Shown: positions 31,790 to 41,107, numbered from the stretch's first letter. The stretch is DNA of 64,000 nt from an uncultured Candidatus Rokubacteria bacterium (GCA_963708025.1 CAVPSB010000002.1:224001-288000); one strand, 5' to 3'. The notes: generated from the letters alone by a model not told the origin. Numbers and translations: made by a program.

Positions 31790-31863
31790 CGCCGGCGCGG
31801 CTCAGGCGAGCGCGGGACGGAGACCACCGGTCGGACCGTCGGGGTCCGACCGGTGCCGGCAGC

Positions 31864-33102
31864 TCAGGCGAAGCTGCAAGGATTCTCTTGGCGGGTGGGG
31901 GCGATGACCTCCAGCGGCTCGGTCGAGGCGGGTACGGGCGAGCTCACCTCCGCCATGTCCCACTTGTCGATCATCTTGTCTTTGGGCTTGGGCGTCAGCG
32001 TGTACATCTCGAAGAGCATCTGGTGGTCCCAGTCGCGGAAGTAGCCCTCGCGCGTCCGGAGCACGTCGAACTTCGCCCCCTTCTCCAGATACTCGACGAG
32101 CTTGACGGGGTCGGTCGACTTCGTCTCCGTCATCGCCTGGGCGACCACCCGGACGCCGAGATAGTCGCCGACCGCCTGGTTCTCGGGCGGCTTCCCCCAG
32201 CGCTTCGTGAAGGCGGCCGTGAACGCCTTCGACTTCGGCGTGTTGAGCGCGTGGTGCCAGACGATTGGCCAGATGCCGCTGAAGCTGTCACGCCCGGCGC
32301 CCCAGGCCATGACCGTGTCGAACCCGCCGCCGGCGAGCGGGAACGGCAGGTTGAACTCGTTGTACTGCTTCATGAAGTTGGTCGTCTGGTTGCCGGCCAG
32401 GTTGATCACGACGAGATCGGGCCGCGCCTGCCGGATCTTCAGGATGTACGGGCTGAACTCCGTCACGTCGGTCGGCACCAGCTCGTTTCCGATGAAGGTG
32501 CCACCATTCTCCCCCAGGTACCGCTGGGTGACGCGCAGGAGGTCGTGCCCGAAGGCGTAGTCGGCGGTCAGGGCCATCCAGCGCTTCCCCGCCACCATCT
32601 TGTCACGCACGAGAGCGCGACCCACCGTCTTCACGTACATGGAGTTGGCCGCCTCCACGTGGAACATGAAGCGGTTGCAGGCCTTGCCGCGCAACTCGTC
32701 CGAGTTACAGCCAGTCTGGAGGAACAGCATCTTCGCGCGGCCGGCCACCTGGGCGATCGCAAGGCCGGAGGCGGAGCTGATCTCGCCCAGCAGCAGGTTG
32801 ACCTTGTCGCGCTCGATCAGCCGTTCGGCCTTGGCCGAGGCGGTGGCCGGGTTGACGCTGTCCTCGGCGATCAGCTCGATCTGACGCCCGAGGATCCCCC
32901 CCGAGGCGTTGACCTCCTCGACGGCGAGCGTGACGCCCATCACCGCGTAGTCGCCGATCGGCCCCAGGAAGCCCGTCCGCGGCGCCAGGTGGCCGATCTT
33001 GATGGTGTTGCCTTGCGCCTTCAGGACGGCGGGAGCGCCGAACCCCGCCGCGAGGGCGGTGGCCGCGGCCGTCTTCAGGAAGGATCGACGCCCGATGTCC
33101 AT
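31864..33102 (-). CDS. Liv-type ABC substrate-binding protein (Tat)
   Basis: 'GRRSFLK', 'GGILGRQIEL', 'ADYAFG'. Confidence 0.9.
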   Translation of the reverse strand: MDIGRRSFLKTAAATALAAGFGAPAVLKAQGNTIKIGHLAPRTGFLGPIGDYAVMGVTLAVEEVNASGGILGRQIELIAEDSVNPATASAKAERLIERDKVNLLLGEISSASGLAIAQVAGRAKMLFLQTGCNSDELRGKACNRFMFHVEAANSMYVKTVGRALVRDKMVAGKRWMALTADYAFGHDLLRVTQRYLGENGGTFIGNELVPTDVTEFSPYILKIRQARPDLVVINLAGNQTTNFMKQYNEFNLPFPLAGGGFDTVMAWGAGRDSFSGIWPIVWHHALNTPKSKAFTAAFTKRWGKPPENQAVGDYLGVRVVAQAMTETKSTDPVKLVEYLEKGAKFDVLRTREGYFRDWDHQMLFEMYTLTPKPKDKMIDKWDMAEVSSPVPASTEPLEVIAPTRQENPCSFA

Positions 33103-33499
33103 GATGCTCTCTTCCTTTCCGCGCTAGTGAGCGATCGGGACGCCGCGCGTCCTGCCGCGCACCCGACGCGACCAGGCGCATAGGAACGATTGACGACACC
33201 TCGGGCCAGCGGACCTCCGACCAGGTCCGGCCTCCCTGACGCGGCACCCGGGACGGCCAGCCTCGTGGGGAAGGAAGGCGAGCATCGGGCTCGCGATCGC
33301 CCGCTGACCCCGAGCTATCCTGCGCCGGCGCGGACTCGGGGTCAAGGAGCGGGCGGAGGGGTGCGGCGGCGGGGTCCCGGCACCGACGCTCGACGCCCCC
33401 GGGACGGGCGTAGTATGACTGGAGGAGGGCGAGAGCACGATCCGGCGGGAGGGCTCGCGAGTGATCGAGCGTCCCCGGCGGGGCGCGGAAGGAGACGAG

Positions 33500-33967
33500 A
33501 TGAGCAAGGGCAGGACGAAGCCAGTCCCGGACGGATACCTGTGCGTGACGCCGTACCTCATCGTCGACGGCGCGGCCAAGGCGCTGGACTTCTACCAGCG
33601 CGTGTTCGGCGCCACCGAGCGGATGCGGATGCCGGGTCCCGGCGGAAAGGTGGGCCACGCCGAGATCAGCATCGGCGACTCGGTGATCATGCTGGCCGAC
33701 GAGCACCCGGAGATGGGGGCGCGGGGACCCCGGGCGTTCGGGGGCTCGCCGGTGAGCCTCCACGTCTATGTCCAGGACGTCAACGCCACCGTGAAGACCG
33801 CGGTGGCCGCGGGGGCCAAGGTCATCCGGCCCGTGGAGGACAAGTTCTACGGCGACCGGTCTGGCACCATCGAGGACCCGTTCGGACACCACTGGAACGT
33901 CGCCACCCACACGGAGGACGTGCCGTCCGACGAGATGGTACGCCGGGCCGCCGCCCTGGCCAAGTAG
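33500..33967 (+). CDS. VOC/PhnB-like glyoxalase family protein
   Basis: 'VTPYLIVDGAAKALDFY', 'FYGDRSG..DPFGH'. Confidence 0.9.
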   Translation: MSKGRTKPVPDGYLCVTPYLIVDGAAKALDFYQRVFGATERMRMPGPGGKVGHAEISIGDSVIMLADEHPEMGARGPRAFGGSPVSLHVYVQDVNATVKTAVAAGAKVIRPVEDKFYGDRSGTIEDPFGHHWNVATHTEDVPSDEMVRRAAALAK

Positions 33968-34004
33968 CGGGCGGGGCCGATGAGTGTCGCATCGCGTCGT
34001 CGTT

Positions 34005-34130
34005 CGGACGGCCTTCGGCCTTTGGGGTCGTCGCCGATCCTCGGCGTACTCGGAGTACGCCTGCGGTCGGCGACTCCCTGCGTCCATTGGACGGCCTTCG
34101 GCCTGCGGGCGCTGCTCGCTCCTCGGCCCC
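34005..34130 (+). repeat. Palindromic element with two GGACGGCCTTCGGCCT units
   Basis: Two copies flank a GGCGTACTC-G-GAGTACGCC hairpin. Confidence 0.75.
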
Positions 34131-34177
34131 GCCCGGGGGACCAGATCGTTCAGGGGGGATTCGATGGGAGGTGAGGC

Positions 34178-34897
34178 ATGTCCCGGTACTTCTGTCACGC
34201 GCATCCCGACGTCTTGACCGTCGAGACGCGGGTCCTCGACGCTCGGGCTGGCGCCGTCGTCCTGGACGAGACCCCGGCCCATCCCGGTGGCGGGGGCCAG
34301 CTCGCCGACCGCGTGCTCCTGCGCTGGAGCGGGGGAGAGGCCCGCGTCACCGGCTTCGAGCTGGCCGGCGGCCGGCTCTGGCACGTGCTGGCCGAGCCGG
34401 TCGAGGTCTCGGGGATCGTCGAGGTGCGCGTGGACCCGACCTTCCGCGCGCTGATGAGCGCGCTCCACACCGACACCCACGTGCTGAACGCCCTCGTCTA
34501 TCAGCAGTTCCAGGGGGCGCTGGTGACCGGCGCCCAGCTGAACGACGACGGGACGGCCCGGATGGACTTCGATCTCCCGGATGCCGACAACGACCGCCTG
34601 CGAGCCCTCGAGCCGGCCGTCAACGACGCGATCCGCCAGGATCTGCCGCTCCGGTTCGGCTACGTGCCGGCCGAGGAGGCCGCGCACGAGCCCGGGCTGC
34701 TCCGCAGCCGGTCGGTGGCGCCGCCGCCCGACGACGAGGGTCTCATCCGGATCGTCGAGATCGTGGGACTCGATCGGCAGGCGTGCGGGGGGACCCACCT
34801 CGCCTCTACCGGACTCTCGCGACCGATCCGGATCCTCAAGGTCAACAACAAGGGCCGCCACAACCGGCGCGTCCGCATCGGCCTAGCCAACGACTGA
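34178..34897 (+). CDS. alaX: AlaX-family aminoacyl-tRNA editing protein
   Basis: 'HPGGGGQLAD', HxxxH 'HTDTH', 'CGGTH'. Confidence 0.9.
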   Translation: MSRYFCHAHPDVLTVETRVLDARAGAVVLDETPAHPGGGGQLADRVLLRWSGGEARVTGFELAGGRLWHVLAEPVEVSGIVEVRVDPTFRALMSALHTDTHVLNALVYQQFQGALVTGAQLNDDGTARMDFDLPDADNDRLRALEPAVNDAIRQDLPLRFGYVPAEEAAHEPGLLRSRSVAPPPDDEGLIRIVEIVGLDRQACGGTHLASTGLSRPIRILKVNNKGRHNRRVRIGLAND

Positions 34898-34947
34898 GCA
34901 TCCCGGGGAGGGAAGGATTGAGATTCTCCGGCTCCGCCCTTCCCCCA

Positions 34948-35039
34948 GTCGCCGTCTATCGCGTCCGGGACGGCCAGGTCACCGAGGCCCGGTGCTACGT
35001 GGACGACACCCGCGACCAGTCAACCAGTTCTGGGCGTAG
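34948..35039 (+). pseudogene. C-terminal remnant of SnoaL/NTF2-like protein
   Basis: 'VAVYRVRDGQVTEARCYVDD..' then 'NQFWA*' in a shifted frame. Confidence 0.55.
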
Positions 35040-35179
35040 ACACCCTTCAGGCGGGGTCGGTGACGGCGATAGGACGTTTCAACCTCCCACGCGTTCGGTT
35101 CCCTGTACAATTCGGTGCGAGGGGCTGGGCCACGGCGGGGTGCCCGCTGAGGACACCGGCGCCGAGACAGGAGGCGGTG

Positions 35180-35440
35180 ATGGTGGGATTTCTGGTCGGA
35201 GTGGTGGCAGGGGGGGTGGCCGTGTGGATGTACCGGCACCAGATCCAGGACATGCTGGGTGATCAAAGCTCCGGCGTGCGGACGAAGGCCGCCGACACGC
35301 TCGAGACCTTGCAGCACAAGACCGAGAGTGCCATGGACCGAGCCAAGGGCCGCATCGTGACAGGGCTGCGCGCGGGTCAGGACTACCTCAGGACCGCCGG
35401 ATCGAGGCCGGAGGACGGTCCGCGAGACGCACCACGGTAA
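35180..35440 (+). CDS. Small YtxH-like membrane-anchored protein
   Basis: 'MVGFLVGVVAGG' plus helical tail; AGGAGG RBS. Confidence 0.7.
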   Translation: MVGFLVGVVAGGVAVWMYRHQIQDMLGDQSSGVRTKAADTLETLQHKTESAMDRAKGRIVTGLRAGQDYLRTAGSRPEDGPRDAPR

Positions 35441-35804
35441 CCGCGGCGCCCGCCGGGCGGACGTCACCCGGGCCCACTACCACGCCTCGAGCAGCGAGCG
35501 CGCGATGACCATTCGCTACTGACGGCGGGATGGTCAGGCCGAGCGCGTTGGCGGCCTTGGAGAGCTGCCGGTCTGAGCAGGCGGGCTGCGTGTAACCATT
35601 CTGACCCCCCGCCTCTCCGGCTTTCTCGCCAGGGACAGGTAGCGTCTCGTACCCGACGCCCTCCCCCACGAGCTTCACGCGCGCCTCCCGTCACCGGTCT
35701 CGGACTTCCGGTTCTTGTCCTCAGCCCCGCGGCGCCGGAGGGTCATCCGCCAGGTTCATCCATTGCGCGGGGGCGCCACCTGGTGCGATGATCCCCTGCC
35801 ACCG

Positions 35805-36094
35805 ATGACACCCGGCGAGACCCTGATCCGGGCCCTGTACGCCGCCCGCGGCCGGCGCGACCTCGACGCCGTCCAATCCGTGCTGACGTGGTCTGGCACG
35901 AAGCCGGCCAGTCCCCGCCCTACACCGGCGAGCTCCGCGGTCGCGAGGCGGTCCTGACCATGATCGCCAGGGCGATGGAGCTGACCGGCGGGACGTTCCG
36001 GCTGGACCTCGACGACGTGCTCGCCAACGACCGCCGCGTTGTCGCCCTCGTCGCGTGGTCGGCGGTCCGGGACGGGACCCGTCCACGATCGTGA
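35805..36094 (+). pseudogene. N-terminal part of SnoaL/NTF2-like protein (frameshifted, truncated)
   Basis: 'LIRALYAA..RDLDAV', 'VWHEAG..GELRGREAV', 'DVLANDRRVVALV'. Confidence 0.7.
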
Positions 36095-36843
36095 GCGACT
36101 TCGACTACGTCGGATCCGAGCTCGAGATCTTCGCGGAAGCCATCCGCTGGAAGCGCTACTTTGCGGACGAGATGCGACCGTACCTGGGATCGAGGGTGCT
36201 GGAAGTGGGCGCCGGCATCGGCGGGACCACCAGGGTCCTGTGCCGAGGGAGCGAGGCGCGATGGCTGTGCGTCGAGCCCGACGCGGCGCTGGCCGAGCAG
36301 GTGCGCGTGCTCGTGAGCCACGGGACGCTGCCCCGGTGCTGCGAGGCCCGGGTCGGCACCCTGGCCGAGCTCCGCGATGAAGGGGCCTTCGACACGGTCC
36401 TGTACGTGGATACGCTGGAGCACATCGCGGACGATCGGGCGGAGCTCCGCCGAGCAGCGGGCCTGCTCGAAGGCGGGGGACACCTCCTGGTCCTGGCCCC
36501 GGCGCATCAGTGGCTGTTCTCGGCCTTCGACCGCAGCATCGGCCATCATCGCCGGTACACCCGACGGAGCCTGGCGGCGATCGGTCCGGGATCGCTGGAG
36601 CTGGTGAAGCTGATCTATCTCGACTCGGTGGGGCTGCTGGCGTCGCTGGCGAACCGCGTCCTGCTGCGCCGCCCGATGCCGACGCCACGGCAGATCGCCG
36701 TGTGGGACCGGGTGATGGTCCCGGCCTCCCGGGCGATCGACCCGGTCCTGGGTCGGGCGGTGGGGAAGTCGGTCCTCGCCGTGTGGAGAAAGCGTTCGGG
36801 CGAGGCGTCCCCGGGGGCCGCCGCCGGCGGCGCGCCGGGCTAG
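36091..36843 (+). CDS. Class I SAM methyltransferase
   Basis: 'VLEVGAGIG', 'LEHI', 'FDRSIGHHRRY'. Confidence 0.88.
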   Translation: MSDFDYVGSELEIFAEAIRWKRYFADEMRPYLGSRVLEVGAGIGGTTRVLCRGSEARWLCVEPDAALAEQVRVLVSHGTLPRCCEARVGTLAELRDEGAFDTVLYVDTLEHIADDRAELRRAAGLLEGGGHLLVLAPAHQWLFSAFDRSIGHHRRYTRRSLAAIGPGSLELVKLIYLDSVGLLASLANRVLLRRPMPTPRQIAVWDRVMVPASRAIDPVLGRAVGKSVLAVWRKRSGEASPGAAAGGAPG

Positions 36844-37484
36844 ACAGGCTCGAGCTCGACCGGATCGCCCAGGGTGACCCGGCCTCCGCGGAGAACGGAG
36901 CAGTCGAGGGCCATGACGCCGCCGAACTCCTTGACGATGCGCCGGAGGACGCGGTGATCCTGCTCCAGCGTGTCCGGGTCGAAGGTCGTCATCACGCAGC
37001 GCGGGCGGACCTGCTCGACTGCCAGCAGGGCCTTGCCCACGCGCAGCCGGTGGCCGGGCCAGGTGCGCTCGGTCAGCCCGTCGACGCCGCCCACGAGGAT
37101 GTTGGGTCGCAGCCGGCGGCGATCGACGCCGAGCGCCTCGACGGCCCCGTCCGTCGCGACCAGCAGGGGAAGGACGTCGAACCGCTCCGGGCCCTCGTGG
37201 CGCCGCAGCCGCGCTCCCGCGCCGGCCACGCGCTGGACCGCCCGGGCCACGTCCGGCGAGTGCCAGGGGTTGCCATCGACGAGGGGCTCGGCCCGCTCGG
37301 CGTCCCAGGTCGCCCGCAGACCGAGCAGCCCCGGCACCGTGCGGGCGGTGAGCGGGCGCCCTCGGGCGTCGGCGACGTGCACCAGACGGTCCCCGACCAT
37401 CCCGTCCTCGCGGATCTCGATGGCCTGGAGCGGCTCCCCCGCCATCGACTTCACCGGATACCTCCAGAGCTCGGCGACCAGCAT
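36840..37484 (-). CDS. MOSC domain protein
   Basis: 'RYPVKSMAGE', 'RLRPNI', 'RCVMTT'. Confidence 0.9.
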   Translation of the reverse strand: MLVAELWRYPVKSMAGEPLQAIEIREDGMVGDRLVHVADARGRPLTARTVPGLLGLRATWDAERAEPLVDGNPWHSPDVARAVQRVAGAGARLRRHEGPERFDVLPLLVATDGAVEALGVDRRRLRPNILVGGVDGLTERTWPGHRLRVGKALLAVEQVRPRCVMTTFDPDTLEQDHRVLRRIVKEFGGVMALDCSVLRGGRVTLGDPVELEPV

Positions 37485-37499
37485 GTCACTCCTCTCCTA

Positions 37500-37628
37500 T
37501 CGAGACCTCCCGCCCACCCCCGCAACCCCCCTCCCGTTTGATCGTATCGCCGGGACGGCTCGGGCCTACGGCCCTCGCGACGTCCCGTCCCTCCGGCCGG
37601 CACCGGGGGGGAGGGGGGGCCGGAGCTA
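37500..37628 (+). repeat. Family B repeat with long internal segment
   Basis: About 125 bp nearly identical to the reverse complement of 54328-54455. Confidence 0.88.
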
Positions 37629-37710
37629 CCGATTCATTCACGAGCTCTCGGGCGTCGGGCGGCCCGGGGCGGTGGGTGGTCCCACCGCGCCCGGGCCGGC
37701 GTCGCGCGGA

Positions 37711-37890
37711 TCAGCCGCGCGGACGAATGGCCGCGCGGACCTTGGCCGCCGTCGCCTCGTCGACGCGCTCGATGCCGTGAGCCGCGCGGGCGTGCTCGCC
37801 CGCCTGGCGCAGGACCTCCTCGTCGGTCTCGCCGCGGGCCTCCGCCTGGCAGCCGGGGAACAGGTCGCCGCACTTCAGCACCTTCTCCAT
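37711..37890 (-). CDS. DUF1059-like small metal-binding protein (59 aa)
   Basis: MEKVLKCGDLFPGCQAEARGETDEEVLRQAGEHARAAHG..; GAGGAG RBS; below ORF-track cutoff. Confidence 0.85.
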   Translation of the reverse strand: MEKVLKCGDLFPGCQAEARGETDEEVLRQAGEHARAAHGIERVDEATAAKVRAAIRPRG

Positions 37891-37924
37891 GGTGAGTCTC
37901 CTCTCGTCCTGTGCGCCGCCGATG

Positions 37925-38086
37925 TCATTCCGGTCGAGCCATGGCTAGCGCTTGCTCGCGGGAGAGATCCAACTGGTGGACGTCCCGCGCATGCTGCTGG
38001 GCCCGGGCGACCAGGGCGGCCTCGTCATCGGCGCGGATGACGAAGCCGCAGGGGCAATGGATCGCTTTCCGGACCACCTTCTTCAT
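37925..38086 (-). CDS. DUF1059-like small metal-binding protein (53 aa)
   Basis: MKKVVRKAIHCPCGFVIRADDEAALVARAQQHARDVHQLDLSREQALAMARPE; below ORF-track cutoff. Confidence 0.8.
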   Translation of the reverse strand: MKKVVRKAIHCPCGFVIRADDEAALVARAQQHARDVHQLDLSREQALAMARPE

Positions 38087-38107
38087 GGCTCGTCCCCCTT
38101 GTGCGAG

Positions 38108-38150
38108 ACTCTAGACGGCGCACCTGGGTGCTTGCTTGGAGAAACCTTGG
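38108..38150 (-). promoter_or_regulatory. SARP-type promoter: three heptamers at 11-bp period, 8 nt before the -10 box
   Basis: Minus strand CCAAGGT-TTCT-CCAAGCA-AGCA-CCCAGGT-GCGCCGTC-TAGAGT. Confidence 0.7.
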
Positions 38151-38926
38151 CGAAGAGCGTCCCGTTTCCCCTTCGGGTGTACCTCACCGGCCGGGTGGCT
38201 GTCGAGCTGCGCGGCCGGCTGCTCGACGAGCGCCAGCTCCCCGGGCGCCAGGGCCGGCTGGCCCTGGCGTACCTGGTCTTCGAGCGTGCTCGGCCGGTGC
38301 CCCGTGACGAGCTGGCGGACGCGCTCTGGGGTGAGGCGTTGCCGCCGGCCTGGGACTCCGCGCTCAGCGCCCTGGCCAGCAAGCTCCGTGGCCTCCTGGG
38401 ACCCGGCGTCTCGTCGGGCCGCTCGATGCTCGAGACCGGGGCCGGCGCCTATCACCTCCGTCTTCCCGCCGGGGCGTGGGTGGACGTGGAGGCGGCCCGG
38501 GAGAGCCTGGACCAGGCGGAGGGCGCGCTCCGCGCGGGGAGGCCGGGCGCGGCGGGTGGCCACGCGAGCGTTGCCGTGTCCATCGCCCGGCGACCGCTCC
38601 TGGCCGGGCTCGACGCCGACTGGATCCGGGTCCGACGCGAGGCCCTCGGCCACGTGCTCGTGCGCGCGCTCGACTGCCTCGGGGAGGTCGCGCTCGTCAA
38701 CCGCGAGCCCCGCCTGACGGCCCAGCTCGCTGCCGAGATCGTGCGGCTCGAGCCCTACCGCGAGAGCGCCTACCAGCTCCTGATGCGGGCTCACGCCGCC
38801 GCCGGCGATCGGGCCGATGCGCTCCGCGCCTACGAGCAGTGCCGGCGGCTGCTGCTCGCCGAGCTGGGGGTGGGACCCTCGCCGGAGACCGAGGCCGTCT
38901 ACCACGCGCTGGTCGGGCGGGGTTGA
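38147..38926 (+). CDS. Stand-alone SARP-family regulator (OmpR-type wHTH plus BTAD)
   Basis: 'LALAYL..RDELADALW', 'VDV', 'EPYRESAYQLLMRAH..ELGVGPSPET'; TTG start inferred. Confidence 0.88.
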   Translation: MAKSVPFPLRVYLTGRVAVELRGRLLDERQLPGRQGRLALAYLVFERARPVPRDELADALWGEALPPAWDSALSALASKLRGLLGPGVSSGRSMLETGAGAYHLRLPAGAWVDVEAARESLDQAEGALRAGRPGAAGGHASVAVSIARRPLLAGLDADWIRVRREALGHVLVRALDCLGEVALVNREPRLTAQLAAEIVRLEPYRESAYQLLMRAHAAAGDRADALRAYEQCRRLLLAELGVGPSPETEAVYHALVGRG

Positions 38927-39001
38927 CGCGCGTAGATCCCCGACTGGGCGGAGGCCTATTTCTCGCTGATCGCTCGGAACGAGCGGGATGAGGAGCACAC
39001 G

Positions 39002-40039
39002 GTGGCTCGCGAGCCCCTGCAGGGAACGATGGAAGTCCGGGACGTCCACCGGTTCGACGTGGCGGCGCTGGAGCGCTACCTGCGCGCCCACGCGCCGGGC
39101 TTCGCGGGGCCGCTGACGGTCCGCCAGTTCCGCGGGGGCCAGTCCAACCCGACCTACTACCTGGACACGCCGGAGCGGGACTACGTCCTCCGGCGCAAGC
39201 CCCCGGGCAAGCTCCTGCCCTCGGCCCACGCGGTGGACCGGGAGTACCGGGTGATCACCGCCCTGGCCGGGACCGACGTCCCGGTGCCGCGCACCCACGC
39301 CCTGTGCGAGGACCCGGAGGTGATCGGCACGATCTTCTACGTCATGGACTGCGTCAGCGGGCGCGTGCTTCCCGACCCGCGCCTGGCCGACGTCGCCCCC
39401 GCCGAGCGCGCCGCGCTCTGCGACGCCCTGAACGACGTCCTGGCGCGCTTGCACCGGGTGGACTGGAAGGCGGTCGGGCTCGCCGACTTCGGCCGGCCGG
39501 GCAACTACATCGCGCGGCAGATCCACCGCTGGACGCAGCAGTACCGCGCCTCCGAGACCGAGACGATCGAGGCGATGGAGCGGCTCATCGCGTGGCTCCC
39601 CGGCCACGTGCCGGCCGAGGAGGACACCACGATCGTGCACGGCGACTTCCGGCTCGGCAACACGGTGGTCCATCCGACCGAGCCGCGCATCCTGGCCGTG
39701 CTGGACTGGGAGCTGGCGACGCTCGGCAATCCCCTCTCGGACCTGGCCTACACCTGCATGGTGGACGGCTTGCTGGGCGCGGCCCCGGCGGCGCCGGGGA
39801 TGCCGTCCGGGCAGGAGTTCGTCGCCGCCTACTGCCGCCGGATCGGCCGTCCGGGGATCGAGCACTGGGACTTCTACGTCGCGTTCGCGATGTTCCGGCT
39901 GGCCGCCATCGTCCAGGGCATCATGGGCCGCGTCCTCGCCGGCACCGCCAGCGACCCCAACGCCCGCGAGCGGGGCGCCCGCGTCCGCCCCCTAGCCGAG
40001 GCCGCCTGGGCTCTGATCGAGCAGCGCCCCGGCGGCTGA
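39002..40039 (+). CDS. APH-family phosphotransferase (ACAD10/11-like kinase)
   Basis: 'GGQSNPTY', 'SAHAVDRE', 'HGDFRLGN', 'LDWEL'. Confidence 0.92.
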   Translation: MAREPLQGTMEVRDVHRFDVAALERYLRAHAPGFAGPLTVRQFRGGQSNPTYYLDTPERDYVLRRKPPGKLLPSAHAVDREYRVITALAGTDVPVPRTHALCEDPEVIGTIFYVMDCVSGRVLPDPRLADVAPAERAALCDALNDVLARLHRVDWKAVGLADFGRPGNYIARQIHRWTQQYRASETETIEAMERLIAWLPGHVPAEEDTTIVHGDFRLGNTVVHPTEPRILAVLDWELATLGNPLSDLAYTCMVDGLLGAAPAAPGMPSGQEFVAAYCRRIGRPGIEHWDFYVAFAMFRLAAIVQGIMGRVLAGTASDPNARERGARVRPLAEAAWALIEQRPGG

Positions 40040-40239
40040 GCCCCCCGCCCGGGCCCGGGCCGCGCCTCACCTCGGGGCAAGTCACCGTGCGGCCTCGTGT
40101 TGCGCGGAGCTCGAGGGGTCGGCTATCCTGACCCTGTCCGAGGGGAGGAGATCGGTCCATGCTCACGCTCTCGCCTTACGGGGGCGAGCGGATTCGGTTA
40201 TCCTGAGCCTGCTGCATCAGTGCGGCCAAGGAGGCGCCG

Positions 40240-40422
40240 ATGTCGAGCGGCAGCACCAAGCAGAAAGTCCTCGAGGCGATAGAGACGTTACCACCAGATG
40301 CCACGCTGGAGGATGCTATCGAGCGCCTGGTTCTCCTGGCGAAGATCGAGCGCGGGTTGGCTGCGCTGGATGCTGGACAGGGCATCGACCACGCCGAGGC
40401 GAAGCGCCGACTTCTCAGGTGA
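40240..40422 (+). CDS. Putative antitoxin (RelE/ParE-partner type), orphan
   Basis: 'LPPDATLEDAIERL..KIERGL..G..HAEAKRRL'; GTGA-coupled downstream frame degenerates after 'MIRII'. Confidence 0.6.
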   Translation: MSSGSTKQKVLEAIETLPPDATLEDAIERLVLLAKIERGLAALDAGQGIDHAEAKRRLLR

Positions 40423-40527
40423 TCCGCATCATCGAGCGGCTCGGCCCAGGGCGGCCGGCCGCTCACCATCCACGTTCGACGCACCACGACCAGCCAGGCG
40501 CTGCGGCAACATCCGGTCGGGAGGATT

Positions 40528-40743
40528 ATGATGATTCGCACGGTTGAAGCTGTGGTCGACCCGAGTGGCAATGTTCGCCTCCTGGAGGACGTCCAACTTC
40601 CCGGACCGCGTCGTGCGCTCGTGACCATCCTCGACGATGCGCCGCGGAGCGAGGAGACCGCGCTCCTGAGCGAGGGGGCACTCGCAGATTGGAGCCGGCC
40701 AGAGGAAGACGTGGCGTGGTCACACCTTCAGCCGGCGGGATAG
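40528..40743 (+). CDS. Putative antitoxin partner of PemK/MazF
   Basis: 'LLSEGALADWSRPEEDVAWSHL' C-terminal motif. Confidence 0.7.
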   Translation: MMIRTVEAVVDPSGNVRLLEDVQLPGPRRALVTILDDAPRSEETALLSEGALADWSRPEEDVAWSHLQPAG

Positions 40744-40778
40744 TTCTCGTTCCGTTTCCATTCTCGGATCTAGCTCAT
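40716..40778 (+). pseudogene. PemK/MazF toxin N-terminal stub
   Basis: 'MVTPSAGGIVLVPFPFSDLA' followed by unrelated sequence. Confidence 0.75.
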
Positions 40779-40842
40779 CGACGCGGTCGTCAGGATTCTG
40801 CGCAGCGCGGGCATCCATTGAAGATGGCGAACCGTAACGGGC

Positions 40843-40906
40843 GTCGAACAACGGCATGCACCCGACGGGCTTCGCCCGCTGTCGCTCGAAACCAGAGAAG
40901 TTAGAG
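40843..40906 (+). mobile_element. Degenerate or half attC-like site
   Basis: GTCGAAC-AACGGCATGCACCCGACG.. left arm and GTTAGAG end; right arm missing. Confidence 0.4.
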
Positions 40907-40969
40907 CCGCCGACCGTCGGACGCCCGGATGCCTCAGATCGCATTCGTGTTTCGCGGCGCCACGGCCGT

Positions 40970-41071
40970 GTCTGACTTCAGGCTGGACCCGCCGGCCTGG
41001 CAGGTTGCGCATTTCGGCGCTATTATTCGCCTGGCGGCGCGCTGGGCCGCGGGTCAGCCTGCGCGTTGTGC
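40970..41071 (+). mobile_element. Integron attC-like recombination site
   Basis: GTCTGAC..CAGGCTG[G]ACCCGC[C]GGCC pairs with GGCCGCGGGTCAGCCTG..GTTGTGC, leaving two unpaired bases. Confidence 0.65.
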
Positions 41072-41107
41072 GGACACCGTGAAGGCTCAGCTTCAGGAGG
41101 TCCATCA

